Source of the DNA: Octopus vulgaris
Lineage: Eukaryota
Reading direction: 5' to 3'
NCBI GenBank assembly: GCA_951406725.2
Contig: OX597831.1
Coordinates: 52,328,001-52,392,000 of the forward strand
DNA: 64,000 nucleotides
Shown: piece by piece, positions 1 through 14,300 of the stretch
Layout of the letters: each line of letters starts with the position of its first letter
How positions within the stretch are numbered: position 1 is the stretch's first letter
Notes under the pieces: model-generated
The model's input: only the letters and a program-made list of their open reading frames with translations
Database searches by the model: none
Told to the model about the DNA's origin: nothing
Program-made: the position numbers and the translations under genes

Positions 1-290
<290 letters not shown>

Positions 291-324
291 TATATATATG
301 TATGTATGTATGTGTGTGTATATG

Positions 325-520
325 TTTGTGTCTGTGTTTATCCCTCCAACTTCGCTTGGCAACCGATGCTTGTAACTTAGCGGTTTGGCAAAAGAGACCG
401 ATAGAATAAGTACTAGGCTTACAAAGAATAAGCCCTGGCGTCGATTTATTCGACTAAAGGCGGTGCTCCAGCATGGCCACAGTCAAATGAATGAAACGAG
501 TAAAAGAGTAAAAAGAGTAA
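325..520 (+). mobile_element. SINE family A, 3' half
   Basis: gaccgatagaataagtactagg...ggcggtgctccagcatggcc...gaaac tail, repeated many times in the window. Confidence 0.85.
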
Positions 521-699
521 AGAATATGAATGAAATTAATCATGACTTCTTAAAAATCTAACACGGAATTTAGCTCTTCGCCGCTGACGTGCAACTAAAT
601 TCCAATGGTAGAATAGGTATGGTTTTTTTTATGTAGCTCCTTATTTATAGCATTCTTGCAATTAAAAGAACATAGCATACACACTCATGGCCTTACAAA

Positions 700-1716
700 C
701 GTTCATACGTACATACAAACACACATGGACACATACATACACATAAGTATACATACATACATACATGCATACATACATACATACATGCATACATACATAC
801 ATACATGCATGCATACATACATACATACATACATACATACATACAATCATACATACATACATACATACATACATACATACATAAACACATACATACATAC
901 ATAAACACATACATACATACATAAACACATACATACATACATACATACATAAACACATACATACATACATAAACACATACATACATACATACATACATAC
1001 ATACATACATACATACATACATTCATACATACACTTTCAATTTCATACCTATTATCATTAGAGCAACAGGATACGTACCAACCCGCTTGGAGCGAAGTAT
1101 TTTTGAACTTTTGTTCTTGGGGAGAGGATCCAACTCTTTAGTTCATACGTTAGAAATAATCACGATATCTGGGACAATAAGAGTCTGCTATATATCTTCT
1201 TCAGATTTAAAGGATGATGAACAAAACAATTTGCTTTCCTTCACAATCTGGCTCCGAAGTAGGTGACCAGTAAAAATAAACTTTAAATCAAGAGAAATAC
1301 AATACATACATACACATGCATACATACATACATACACACACATGCATGCATACATACATACATACATACATACATACATACATACATACATACGTACATA
1401 CAAACATACATACGTACATGCATACATACGTACATGCATACATACATACATGCATACATACATACATACATACATACAATCATACATACATAAACACATA
1501 CAAACATACATACATACATACATACATACATACATACATACAATCATACATACATACATACATACATACATACATACATACATACATACATACATACATA
1601 CATACATACAATCATACATACATACATACAATCATACATACATACATACATACATACATAAACACATACAAACATACATACATACATACAAACATACATA
1701 CATACATACATACATA
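700..1716. repeat. (CATA)n microsatellite arrays
   Basis: Seen directly; source of the HTYI/MYVC pseudo-ORFs. Confidence 0.98.
1035..1300 (+). mobile_element. R4/Dong-like non-LTR retrotransposon 3' fragment
   Basis: FNFIPIIIRATGYVPTRL and ITISGTI resemble the C-terminus at 59400-59610. Similar to 44970-45160. Flanked by (CATA)n. Confidence 0.6.
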
Positions 1717-1869
1717 TTTGGAGCAGAAAAATGCCATGTACAGTTTGAAAGTTTAGTACTTTACAAATGTGAACCCGTCTTCTAACACCCGCGAGAACGT
1801 GAATATCTATAGACAACTGCTTTGAAATTTTATAGTAGATCTACCATTTTCGCTCTCTGTCTCTCTGTC

Positions 1870-1930
<61 letters not shown>

Positions 1931-2042
1931 ATGTATGTATGTACGTCTACATCTGTATATCCATGTATCTTTGCGTGTATGTCTGTTAATATGTGATGGT
2001 ACAGGTATGCACCTTATGCGTACTTGTCTATATAAATATACA

Positions 2043-2083
<41 letters not shown>

Positions 2084-2148
2084 GTACATTCATATGTATG
2101 TATGATGTACACACGCATGCACACACACACACAAATGCATAGAAGGAG

Positions 2149-2208
<60 letters not shown>

Positions 2209-2353
2209 CTTGACTATTCATACATGCTAGGCCACTGGTGGTGATATTTCTACGAATATTCACTACCCTATCTATCTGTTTGTCTGTCTGTCTGTCTGTC
2301 TATATATCTTTATATATATGAATATATGTATATATATGTATGTATATATGTAT

Positions 2354-2384
<31 letters not shown>

Positions 2385-2400
2385 TGTATGTATGTATGTA

Positions 2401-2460
2401 CTTTGATAGGTTTCGGCCATTATTGGCCCAGGCCATGTCTAACTTAATAGCACCACCTGT
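2401..2460 (-). mobile_element. CR1-like LINE 3' UTR fragment
   Basis: Reverse complement matches caggtggtgctattaagtt...acatggcctgg...gaaac at 48952-49012. Confidence 0.8.
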
Positions 2461-2529
2461 ATATATGTATATATATATATATGTATATATATGTATATAT
2501 ATGTATATATGTATATATATATGTATATA

Positions 2530-2586
<57 letters not shown>

Positions 2587-2602
2587 GTATATATGTATAT
2601 AT

Positions 2603-2957
<355 letters not shown>

Positions 2958-3721
2958 TCATACAGCTCGTATTGCATATGTTGTTGTGTTCTACTCTAAT
3001 CTTTTTTACCAAGTTCGTTTTTTTTTGTTTTTTTTTCTCATGTTTTCGCATGACTTACTTCCATGACTGTTTGTTTGCAACAGTACGTTTGCCAAATCCA
3101 TCATCAACAACAATTCTAGACATTACAGGAGCCAGAGCGAATGTCATCAGTCATGTATTTATTTTGGTTTGTGACAAGTATGTGTAATCTGTTTGTTTAT
3201 TGTAGCATTATTGTGTTGTCGTATTATTATTTCTGCCATCATTAATCATTTATTTTTGCGAGCAAATTCTGCAGAATAAGTATTGATATGGATGTGTTGT
3301 CCATTCAAGTGTTCCCATATTACTATATTTGCAATGTGTGTGGAGTGTAATGCGTTGCAAAAATTCAAATTCCGGCGGGAATTGCCAATATCAGTCATAC
3401 TGGATCAGTGTGTTACAAGGGAAGCACCGGTACACTCCAACATAAACTTCGTCCTGAAGCGGAGACCACAGTTCGAATCAAATTGCAAGGAATTCGTTCG
3501 AAAATATGACAAAAAATTTAGAAAAGTGGAACATGTTGGTACTGATATATACGTATGTGTGTGTGTGTGTGTGTGTGTGCGTGTGCGCGCGCGTTGTTCA
3601 TACATACATACATACACACACACACGGACATATATATATATGTATATATATATAAAGTGGTTGTATACTGTCAACTTAATGTGACAGTCCCATGAAGGGA
3701 ATCACGCCACTGCTATTATAT

Positions 3722-3880
3722 ATATGGCTGTGTGGTAAAAAGCTTGCTTCCCAACTACATGGTTCCGGGTTCAGTCCCACTGCATGGCACCTTGGGCAAG
3801 TGTCTTCTACTCTAAGCTCTGGCCGACCGAAGCCTTATGAGTGGATTTTCTAGAGGGAAACTGAAAGAAGTCCGTCATAT
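3722..3880 (+). mobile_element. SINE family A, 5' half (tail fragment at 4152-4225)
   Basis: tggctgtgtggtaa A box, ggttcagtccc B box, gcaccttgggcaagtgtctt core. Confidence 0.85.
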
Positions 3881-4327
3881 ACGTATATATATATATATAA
3901 ATTTAACAATTAAGGATAAAATTTTAATAAGAAATCTTAACAAGAAATTATCAGGTAGTTAGCGTGAAAAACCTCATAAGAGAAAAAAAAATCTGAAGAT
4001 TTTTTCACTTGAAAATATTTATTTATATTATATAGAGGGCATTATTACACATAAATGCCACACGCTAGGAGGGACTTTCAAAGTCATTACTACCAAAAAT
4101 AAACGAATCGTACCGAATATATATATATATATCTGTGTGTGTGTGTGTATGTCGATTTGTTCGACTAAAGGTGGTGCTCCAACATGGCTGCAGTCAAATG
4201 ACTGAAACAAGTAAAAGAATAAAAAAATATACGTATATATGTGTGTGTATGTATACACATATACGTATATATGTATACATACACACACATATATATACAT
4301 ATGTATATATACATCTACATGCATATA

Positions 4328-4380
<53 letters not shown>

Positions 4381-4384
<4 letters not shown>

Positions 4385-4570
4385 AGAGTTTACGAAAAAA
4401 ACAAAAGACGAAGACATGTGGTGTACAAAACAAACAAATGTATTAGTATAACGCTCAGGAATAGAAAAAAGTCTTTTACGTTTCGAGCCTACGCTCTTCT
4501 ATAGAAAGGGACACAGAAAAAACAAGGAGAGAAAAAAAATGTGTGTAGTGGCTAACGATCTATCATGGCT
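4381..4570 (-). mobile_element. PLE 3' end with degenerate HHR, same family as 9640-9808
   Basis: Minus strand reads agaagagcgtaggctcGAAACGTA and shares downstream gagcgt..actaatac..tcttcgtcttttgtttt. Ends in (TA)n. Confidence 0.75.
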
Positions 4571-4834
4571 ACATGCGTTCAACATGAACAGTGCAATATG
4601 CATAACAAATTACTGATTCATGTCAATAATTAAAAACAAAAAAAGACTCGATTTTTAATTTTCCGAATTAATCTAAAAAAAAGAAAAACAATAAATACTT
4701 GTAAAAAGCGATATATAAAAAAGTAAAACATTATTGAATTGATTGCAGCTTTATGAATTTTTTTAACTTACAACAGCGTATGGAGAAAAATTAGGAAAAA
4801 AGAAAAAAATGTTTCTATTGCTTTATCTTTTTCC

Positions 4835-5230
4835 TTTTACCTGCTTCAGTCATTGGACTGCAGTCATGCCGGAGCACTGCCTTGACGAGTTTTTATGTTG
4901 CGAGTAATTATGTCCTTTTTGTTTTTTGTTTTTGTAAGTTTTGGATCTTATTCAACCAGTCTCTTTTAACGAACCGCTACGTTACATGGGACATAAACAA
5001 ACCGACACCAGTTGTCAAGCAGTCTTGAGGGTAAACATAACACACATATACACGCACGCACATTCAACAGGCTTCCACACAGTTTCCGTCTGCTTAATTC
5101 ATTCACAAAGACATTGGTCAGCACATTGCTATAATAGAAAGCACTTGTCCCATTTGCCGCACTGTGGAACTGAACCCGAAATCCACATGGTTACAAAACG
5201 AGCTTCTTAACCACACCGTCACGCCTTCAC
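4835..5230 (-). mobile_element. SINE family A, diverged full-length copy
   Basis: Tail and head motifs in reverse orientation. Confidence 0.8.
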
Positions 5231-6320
5231 CTATTCAATATCATTGAGTGAACTTTTAAAGATGAACTAAAAGTAAGAACTTTGATGCATCTTAATTGCA
5301 CAACCATCGCTGCATTTTATTGCATTTATAAATAGTATAAAATGATGTTTTGATTCGATTTTACTTTGTTTTCTTCTTGTATATCACCCAATTATAGCTG
5401 AGTGCATTTCCAATTCATCTGCGACTTGCAAAGTTCTTTCTTTGTTCAGATCTGTCTTCTTTATATACGAACTTTACAACTTTGAAAAATTCAAAAATAT
5501 TTATAAAAATAATTATTTGCAACTTGTTTGAGATGCCATCCGCTTGTGTCTCAGGTTTCCTGCTTTCATCTTGGCCATCACTCTTGTCATATTCACGTTT
5601 TTAAATTTAGAATATTTCCTCTAGAAAATATTCTAAATTTAAATTTAGAATGTGTTTGAAGTAGGTGATTTTCTGGAATTTTCGTTGTCTCTTTTAGAAA
5701 GTTCAATAGTTTCGGCAACGAATTTTCTAATTTTACGTTGTAATTTTTATTTCTTGGTCAAATGAATTTTATTAAGCATCCGTCTGCAGATCAATCCCGT
5801 TTCATTAACTTTTATAATTTATTCATCAACAAAAAGACTTTGTTCACGAATATTTTTGTCAGCGTATCAACACAATTAAACAAAAATGAGCTAGTTCACT
5901 CAACACATTTTTGTTTAATTCACGCAAATTACCTGAGCCATAGATATATTCTACTCTTTTTTTCATATGTCTATGCCCCTAAGCAACAGGAGATAGGGTA
6001 GGACAATTTCTCTGCTGATGTTCCCTGATGAAGCAGAAACATGTTTACACGACTGCCTTCTTATCTCTCGGCAATAAACTTGTCATTTTCTTTAATGGTA
6101 TGTCAACTTCGGAAAAAATTGTCGACTCTTGAGATTGTCTTTCCTTTTTAGATGGAAGCTAGTTTCAATTTCCATTTGGTATTTATGACTCGGCCTTTAA
6201 TCCTTATAATAAACCAAGAATTTATGTGGTATGGTATTTGATATATCTAAATTTGGTTATGGTGTTTATATACTTGCTACTAGCCACAGCAAATTTTTCG
6301 CTTAGCTCACTTTTATGTAA

Positions 6321-6560
6321 TCTCTAATATAAAATCTGTTCTGTGTGTGTGTGTGTATGTGTGTGTGTGTTTGTGGCTTCTAGGATCTCGGGCATCCTCA
6401 ATCCGATTGCGCTCATATTTGATATGTAGATACCGACGGTATCAGGGCATGTATAAGTCTTGAAGAAATTCAGATTCCAGGTGAGAATGCGATTGATAAA
6501 GCCGTGGGAAATCGTTTTTCTTTGGAATAGAAAAAAAGTCTATCTTTATTTCTTCTTTTG
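6321..6560 (+). mobile_element. Non-autonomous Helitron 5' end
   Basis: TC start, aatataaaa, (TG)n, ccgattgcgctcatatttg. Homologous to the inverted copy at 21535-21775. Confidence 0.7.
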
Positions 6561-6739
6561 CTGGTGTCTCAAATTTAGGTTAAATCAGTGTTTCTCAAAG
6601 GAGAGGCCTATGGGACGGTCGGACAAGTTGTTTTGAGAAAATTTGGTTTAAATGTTTGACAACTCAGCACCGTCCATTGGACGGGGGAGGAGGGTTTTGC
6701 TCATATATATATATATAAATAAACACACACACACACATA

Positions 6740-7020
6740 TGATGGACTCTCCCGTCAAAAACAACGTATAAGCGCTCAGCTTTTGCGAACGACCTGCACA
6801 AATAATTTGTTTATAGTGATCAAATGCTCATGCCGCATATTAGATCACTCTCCATCAAATCAACGTTGCCTGAACTGGTGAACTGTGTACCACGCAACAG
6901 GTGTAGAAGTGATCGCAGAGTAACGTGAAATGAAGCGTTTTGCTCAAGAACACAACGCTCTACCCGGTCCAGGAATTGAAATCACGATCGCTAATGCGAC
7001 AACCTAACTACTAAGCTATA
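6740..7020 (-). mobile_element. tRNA-derived SINE family D (also 17115-17305 minus, 39105-39360 plus)
   Basis: aacgtgaaatgaa..gttttgctca core followed by a reversed tRNA-like head. Confidence 0.7.
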
Positions 7021-7094
7021 CAAACTTTAGATAGTTAAAATATATTTCTGACATATTTAAACTTCTCAAGGCATATACACTGCCGCTGATACTG

Positions 7095-7330
7095 CTGTAA
7101 TATACACCCCTTCAAAATTCCACCAAATACAATATTAGCTTCTATTCAAACCAACCTCATTTGACGATAGGTTCTGAAGCCTGACTGAAACGAAGCCACA
7201 GATTTCTCTGATTAGGATTACGAAAATACATCCATTTCTCATCCCCAATTACTATTCGACACCAAAAACAGGCATTTCATTTCGAGGGGCTAGTTGCACC
7301 TCCTATCGAGAGATTATTGTTTAACATGGA
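7095..7330 (-). pseudogene. Mariner transposase remnant
   Basis: Translates to RIVIGDEKWMYFRNPNQRNLWL and WWNFEGV, matching the mariner RIVTGDEKW and WWN.EGV motifs, with stops. Confidence 0.85.
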
Positions 7331-7771
7331 TTTTTTCTCATTCGATAAGCTAGCTTAAAGAATTTTCATTTCTTGGTCAAATGAATTTTATTAGGTATCC
7401 GTCTCCAGAACAATCCCATTTCATTAACTTTTATAATTTATTCATCAACAAAAAGACTTTGTTCTTGAACAAAATGGCTATCTTCACTAATATTTTTGTC
7501 AGCGTATCAACACAATTAAACAAAAATGAGCTAGTTCACTAGCATTCGATGAGCTAGCTTTAAATATCTGCATTAATTTAACGCCCGTTTATATTAATGC
7601 AAACAGGTAATTTACTTATTATAAAATAAAATAAAATATAATATCTATGCGTGTTTTAAGTTGCGAAACAGTTGCAGTGACATAAGAATTTTCAATGGTT
7701 AAATAAATTTTATCATATCATATTTCTCTCACTATTTATAACTTTATATACGCCTTATGGTTTTCTCTTGT

Positions 7772-8040
7772 ATCATCATCCTCATTGTTCGACCGTGGTC
7801 GAGACAATGGAATTTACCATGTTGCGCCAGACTTCACGGTCCATCATAGCATTACGGAGGTCCTGTTGCTGGATGCCTGTATCCCTGGAGATTACATCAG
7901 GGTAGGAGAGTGTGCGCCCTCTGGTGTTGCGAGTAGATGGCTTCCAGAGGAGAAGAGTAGAAATTACTTCTTTTTCAGCTCTACAACAATGTCCAGCAAA
8001 CTGGACTCTCCTACCCTTCACAAGTATCATACTGTATATT
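7772..8040 (-). mobile_element. RTE/RTE-X LINE 3' end
   Basis: RRVQFAGHCCRAEKEVIS.LLLWKP...AMMDREVWR* followed by a (GAT)n tail. Confidence 0.85.
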
Positions 8041-8282
8041 CTATGTTTTGTACATTGATACATTAAGGTGCTTTTTTATGAATACCACCGGATTAGCTGC
8101 ATCTATATACTGTGACTTAAATTCACACACACACACACACACACACAGTTTTTACCCAATATGCCAACATTTACACGCTATTATATGTAACTTGTCTACT
8201 TAGAGTTCAACCATTAAAAGCGGTATATGTACGTACACACACACACAGACATACACACATATATGTGTGTGTGTATGTAAAT

Positions 8283-8313
<31 letters not shown>

Positions 8314-8684
8314 AAGAGAGAGGGAGAGGTAGAGAGGAGAAAAAATAGAAAGAGAGAATGGAAAGGGGAAAAAGCATTCTAAAAGTAATTCTTCACTCTT
8401 TCCTAAGACTGTTATTCTTTCTTTGTGGTACGTAAAAATGGTTTCTTCGTTCCTGATCATTTTATATATAAACATGATCACATATCCGAATGACAGTTTC
8501 ATTCAGTCCATATTTTGGTTGACTAAACATATCCATTGATGTAGACAGGCGACAAAATGGACGATTTAACGAAACATTAGTTCAAATATGTAATTCTCTT
8601 TATCTTAATACCACTCATAATCATATATCAGTCTCAACAGTGTGTATTTGTCTGTTGAGTACATATATGTTCTTTTCTTGCACC

Positions 8685-8725
<41 letters not shown>

Positions 8726-8860
8726 CATATACATATATAAATACACACACACACATACACATATATATATAATATATATACATACATACACACACACACA
8801 CATACACACACACATACACACACACACACACACACATACACACATATATATATATATATA

Positions 8861-9808
8861 CTCGGCAATGACACTCCGGTCGCGCGCTATTTCCGATGTA
8901 CCGGTCATTCGCAACAACATCTGTCTGTGTTCGGATGTTTTTGCACGGGGGCCATCCGGACACCCGCCTTCGCCGTGAACAGATATTAATCTTCTCTCTT
9001 CGCTCCTTTGCGCCATTTGGGCTCAACTCACCTCTTTTCTTCATTTGACACCAACCTCACATCCTCTCTTCATTTGATACCAACCCCACACCATTCCACA
9101 CACACTAATACTGACCTCTTCCCAGCACTCATACCATACACCATCACACACACACCCACACACAATCATCAATAGCGACACCACACATACCACGATATGT
9201 TTAACTCAGTACACACCCCACACACCATTATGTACTCTCCCATACCCACACAAGCACAAAATACCTAAACACAGATAATATATACATACACACGCAACAC
9301 GCAGTAACACACGCAACAGACATAGACAAAGATAAATTTCGTCCTTATATATACACCATACACATGCACACTATTTGGTCACAGACACACACATTTGCAC
9401 ACACCACGTGTAAAAGCATACATCAACTGCTAGACGCAACACACACACACGTTACACACTCACACGTCAGAGTCACTCGCCCCTATTCACACATACACAC
9501 TTATACAGTCACATACACCATTCTCACATGCACGCACGCGCAGCTTCTCTTGTTGGGATCACTAGCCTCTTCTTTTATTATTATTACCCTTTCATTCAAC
9601 TTTTTACCAATCATTCGCCACATTGGCCCGCCGAACACTACAAGTTTTTTTTCATTCTCTCTCTGTCTATTTTCTCTTATTCCTTTCTGTTGAAGAGCGT
9701 TGGCTCGAAACGTAAAATACTTTTTCATTTTTCTCGAGCGTCAAACTAATACAATTGATTGTTGTTCATACACCTATCTTCGTCTTTTGTTTTCCTATAA
9801 ATTCCAAC
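8861..9808 (+). mobile_element. 5'-truncated Penelope-like element: GIY-YIG C-terminus, 3' UTR, HHR
   Basis: DTPVARYFRCTGHS..LSVFG, frameshift, RLRREQILIFSLRSFAPFGLN (stop 9046-9048). HHR-like TTGAAGA..GAAACGTA at 9690-9714. (TA)n on both sides. Confidence 0.85.
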
Positions 9809-9992
9809 TATATATATAAGTATATAAGTATAATAATATAATTACAATTATAATTATATTTCTATAATATACTTCAAAATTAATTTTACCGATATGGTCA
9901 TATATATATATACGTATATATATATATACACACACACACACATATATGTATATATAAATATATATACATATATATACACACACATATGTATG

Positions 9993-10060
<68 letters not shown>

Positions 10061-10118
10061 TGTATGTATATGTATATATAAATATATATACATATATACA
10101 CACACACACATATATGTA

Positions 10119-10162
<44 letters not shown>

Positions 10163-10166
<4 letters not shown>

Positions 10167-10358
10167 CCTCTGTCTTCGCTTCTCGGGATCTTTCCTTCTC
10201 CTATGTTTCCGACGAAGACCTCCGCTCGAAACGTTAAACCCTCCTTCTTCCCTTCTTTCCTGAGCGTCAAATAATACTTTATTTGTTCCACGTCCTCGCG
10301 TTGCTGTGTTTTTTTTGTTTTTTTTTTGTTCTTTTTTTTTGTGTTTTCTTGTTTGGAT

Positions 10359-10362
<4 letters not shown>
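10163..10362 (+). mobile_element. Short PLE-type 3' end with minimal HHR (10205-10239)
   Basis: Stem I GTTT/AAAC, CCGACGA, GAAAC-GTT with palindrome AACGTT. Bounded by (TA)n. Confidence 0.7.
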
Positions 10363-10423
<61 letters not shown>

Positions 10424-10470
10424 ATTTCAGGATAGTAGTTATTTTTTCTTTTGCCAAATAAACCGTGACT

Positions 10471-10566
10471 GGTAAATCCCACTACGGTAAATTCCACCCG
10501 TAAAATTTCACCATAGGTAAAATTCAGCGCGGTATATTCCACTAAGCTAAATTCAACTACAGTAAA
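10471..10566. repeat. 15-bp minisatellite, about 6 units, consensus GGTAAATTCCACTAC
   Basis: Periodic units seen directly. Confidence 0.85.
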
Positions 10567-10694
10567 CGGTCTATAGAAAACTAATTACATACGCCCTTGT
10601 TACAACAATATCTATTTCAACACACGATTTCACATCAGGAATGTGAAACGATATATGTGTGTGTGTGTGTGTATGCATATATATACGTATTTTA

Positions 10695-11120
10695 TTTTAC
10701 TTGTTCCAATCATTTGATTGCGGCCATGCTGGAGCAACGCCTTGAAGGGTTTTTAGTCGAACAAATCAACCCCAGGACTTATTTCTTAAGCATAGTACTT
10801 ACCGTATCGGGTTCTTTTGCCGAAAAGGTATGTTACGAGGACGTAAACACATTAACACCAGTTTTCAAGCAGTAGTGGGGGACAAACACAGATACAAAAC
10901 ACAAAGACACACATAGATATATACACATATATATATACATACATATATATATGTATATATATATACGACGGGCTTCTTTCACTTTCCGTCAGCCAAATCC
11001 ACTCACAAGGCTTTGGTCGGCCTGAGGCTATAGTAGAAGACATTTGTCTAAGGTGCCGCGCAGTTGGACTGAACCTGGAACATTGTTGTTGGAAATCAAG
11101 CCTCTTAGCACACAGGTGCA
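10695..11120 (-). mobile_element. SINE family A
   Basis: Full head and tail with internal microsatellite. Confidence 0.88.
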
Positions 11121-11354
11121 CCCACGATGATGGAGGATACCAGGTATTAATAGTACATCACAGTTCCACAATTAAAGCATGATTCCCGCCATCTTCGCGT
11201 TATATTATCCACGTATTAATCGTATCAAAGAGGAGTTCCGCATGGGTATATAGCCCAGGAATATACTCCACAGTAGGATATCATGTGGTAGCCGAATAAT
11301 GACATAAGAGCTCTTAAGTACGCTTTACGAAATATTTACCCGAATTATACTAAG

Positions 11355-11461
<107 letters not shown>

Positions 11462-11679
11462 AAATAAATAAATAAGTGAATGACTATTGAAAAGGTTGCA
11501 AGACGCAACGAAAATTTTAGGAAAATAAAAATAAGAAATAAGTGGAAATGTTACCAGTGTGTGTGTTACATTATAAGGCACAACAGAATATGCTTCAACA
11601 CACGAACTCATATAAAGAATCTTGCAAACCAAATCCAAAAACGAAATAAATGAATAACAACAGACGGATAATGTGTCAC

Positions 11680-11766
11680 TTCACTACAGCTGTTTCCAAC
11701 GAATATTTAGTTGATTAATGGAAGCATTACATTATTAGGAACAAAAAACCGTTTTCATCAGGTAAA
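11680..11766 (-). ncRNA. Type I hammerhead ribozyme, canonical core, long loop II
   Basis: Stem I TTTAC/GTGAA, CTGATGA, aacg...cgtt stem II, GAAAC-AGCT-GTA (palindrome ACAGCTGT). Lies within an element at about 11458-11845. Confidence 0.8.
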
Positions 11767-12533
11767 TACATGAACCACAACATTTAGAAACATTAAAAAT
11801 CAACAGCATATACACCTTCATGATTCTCCGAACCTTGCTGATGGTAGATAAGTATGTATGTATGTATGTATGTATGTATGTATGTATGCATATCTGCAAA
11901 TATGTAAACTTCTGCGTGAGTGTTTGAGCATATACATGTGTGTATATATGTGAGTGTTTGTATATAACCTTATATATATATATATATATATAATTACACG
12001 CTTAAACATACTCTGTCACACAAACTCACACACTCACTCACACAAACACACACACACACAAACATATACACACCACTCACACATATGCATATACCTACAA
12101 ACACTCTCAAACATATATGTAGTTGAAACTTTGCGTTATGATAAGGAACACAAGAACACAAGAACGGAAGGTCAATTATAATACTAAAGAATTCAAAGTA
12201 CTGAATCTGAGAAAACAATGAGTCCAACAATATGCATATACTTTCGTCCGATGGCACGTGGTTGCGTTGATGATATCGGTGTCGACGACGACGACGATGA
12301 TGATGATATGGAAATGTTGGTGGTGGTGGTGGTGGTGGGGTGGGAGGTGTTGAACATCATGTGCATCCAAACTCACCATTGTTTAAGGGTGTTCAGGTTG
12401 TTGCGCGAGAAATGAATCGATCATGAAAGCTCAGCGGGCGGTAGGAGAGATGAAGGTAAAAGACTGGATTGAAGCGATGGCGGTTAGGCGGTTAGAGACA
12501 GATAGATAGAGAAGGAGAGAGAGAGAGACAGAT

Positions 12534-12564
<31 letters not shown>

Positions 12565-12914
12565 AGGGTAGGGGCTGTAAATGAGAAGGTGAGATAAGTA
12601 ATTTCGCAAATTGTTGAGGGAATTAAAAAAATATTACATAAAAGGAAAATAAAAATAACCCTCAAATATTCAAGAATACATATGTATATACTCGTGCACA
12701 CAGTTGCACACATATACATATACATACATGCATATATTCATATGTATGCATATATATATATACATACTCACATACACATGAACACACACACATATATATA
12801 GTTAAAAAGTCAATCTTGCTAGAATATTTGTGAACATTTGTGGCATGAGTTGTATGGGGAAGAGAAATTGTTCGCCGGAGGGCAGAGAGAAATGGAGAGA
12901 TGGAAAGATGATAG

Positions 12915-12952
<38 letters not shown>

Positions 12953-13044
12953 AAGAGAGGGGATAAGGAGAGTCGATGGAAGGGAGAGTGGTGGGTAAAA
13001 AATTCTATTAGTGCGCAACTAGCATATGACTTAAAGGTACATAC

Positions 13045-13075
<31 letters not shown>

Positions 13076-13134
13076 ATGTGTGTGTGTGTGTGCGTGTGCG
13101 CGCGCGCACCTGTGCCTCTGTGTATGTGTCTATA

Positions 13135-13166
<32 letters not shown>

Positions 13167-13220
13167 GACATGTATACGCAAACATAAACATACATATATA
13201 CACTCACGCATAATTATATA

Positions 13221-13253
<33 letters not shown>

Positions 13254-13463
13254 ATATATAAATATACAGGCATACATACACGCCCACACACATGACACAT
13301 GCGACACACATATACCTTTTATAGACTGGTTATATGTTGAATGGTATGTATAAATGGCATACAGTATGTATCACGTCTTCACTTAACGACCCTTTCATAT
13401 TGCTTTTGGATATTTTCTTCTCATATATGTATATATATGTGTGTGTGTGTGTGTGTACATACA

Positions 13464-13540
<77 letters not shown>

Positions 13541-13659
13541 GCATACACGCACACACACACATACATACCTATAAACATATATGTGTGTGTGCATATGTAT
13601 ATACACACTTTTGAGTCTTGCAGAATACTTATTCAGAGCTACATTTACCAGAGCTAACA

Positions 13660-14300
13660 GAAATCAGATAAAGAATCGTTACCTGCTTCAGCCTCGCTTT
13701 CTAGGATAAAGACAGTGACAAGTTTGGCAAAACCAAATTACTTCTTAGCATTAATTATTTAACACTTCCCAAACGGCCGTAGATACAACAATCTATTTAA
13801 AACAATCATCACAATCGTTAGATAAAGCTGCTCAATAGACCATGAAAACCCAAATCACTTCACCGAAACCACAAACAATCGTATATCTGGAAATCTATAA
13901 CCGGCATCCCTACCCTCCAAAAATGATGTAATTTCAGTAGATTGACTCCATATTTTTTAGACAAAAGTTGTTTAGCTAAAAAGTCCCTCATAAAACAACT
14001 GTAGAACAGTACGTGCAAATCTCTACACAAAGCATATACTCATTCCGTGGTTGTTACAGAAGAAGCGTTGTGTCAATTATCGTGGCACAATTGAGAGTTA
14101 AAGGGGAATAATATGAATATAAACTGGACAATAATGGACAACACACTTTACATAAATGCTTCCTGTACAACGTAGAAAATGACACCATACTTACCCAGCA
14201 AATAAGCTTGCTCAACCGGAGAAATGAGACTTTGGCACACTGCTCACACCAAAATAAATTCAGTTTTAGAAATTGGTTCCTGCTGCAAACAGGGTAATTA
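13660..14300 (+). pseudogene. Degraded PLE linker and GIY-YIG region
   Basis: HFPNGRRYNNLFK..SCS, ELKGNNMNINWTI, LLNRRNETLAHCSHQNKF, matching the PLE LN.R.E...C.H terminus. Confidence 0.7.

Larger units (their letters stand above)
5750..7540. repeat. ~150-bp direct duplication (5750-5900 and 7369-7540)
   Basis: tttcttggtcaaatgaattttatta...gagctagttcact occurs twice. Confidence 0.9.

Noticed and set aside
3050-3545. Possible host exon (133-aa ORF) or HHR on the minus strand (CTGATGA near 3144-3150)
   Set aside because: No recognisable domain or splice pair. The second box reads GCAAAC and the stems do not close. It may be a very old PLE but is not supportable.
5260-6320. Possible hAT transposase remnant
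   Set aside because: Only vague peptide resemblance, with no diagnostic motif or TIR.
10471-10566. CRISPR-like periodicity
   Set aside because: Units are adjacent with no unique spacers, in a eukaryotic context with no cas genes.
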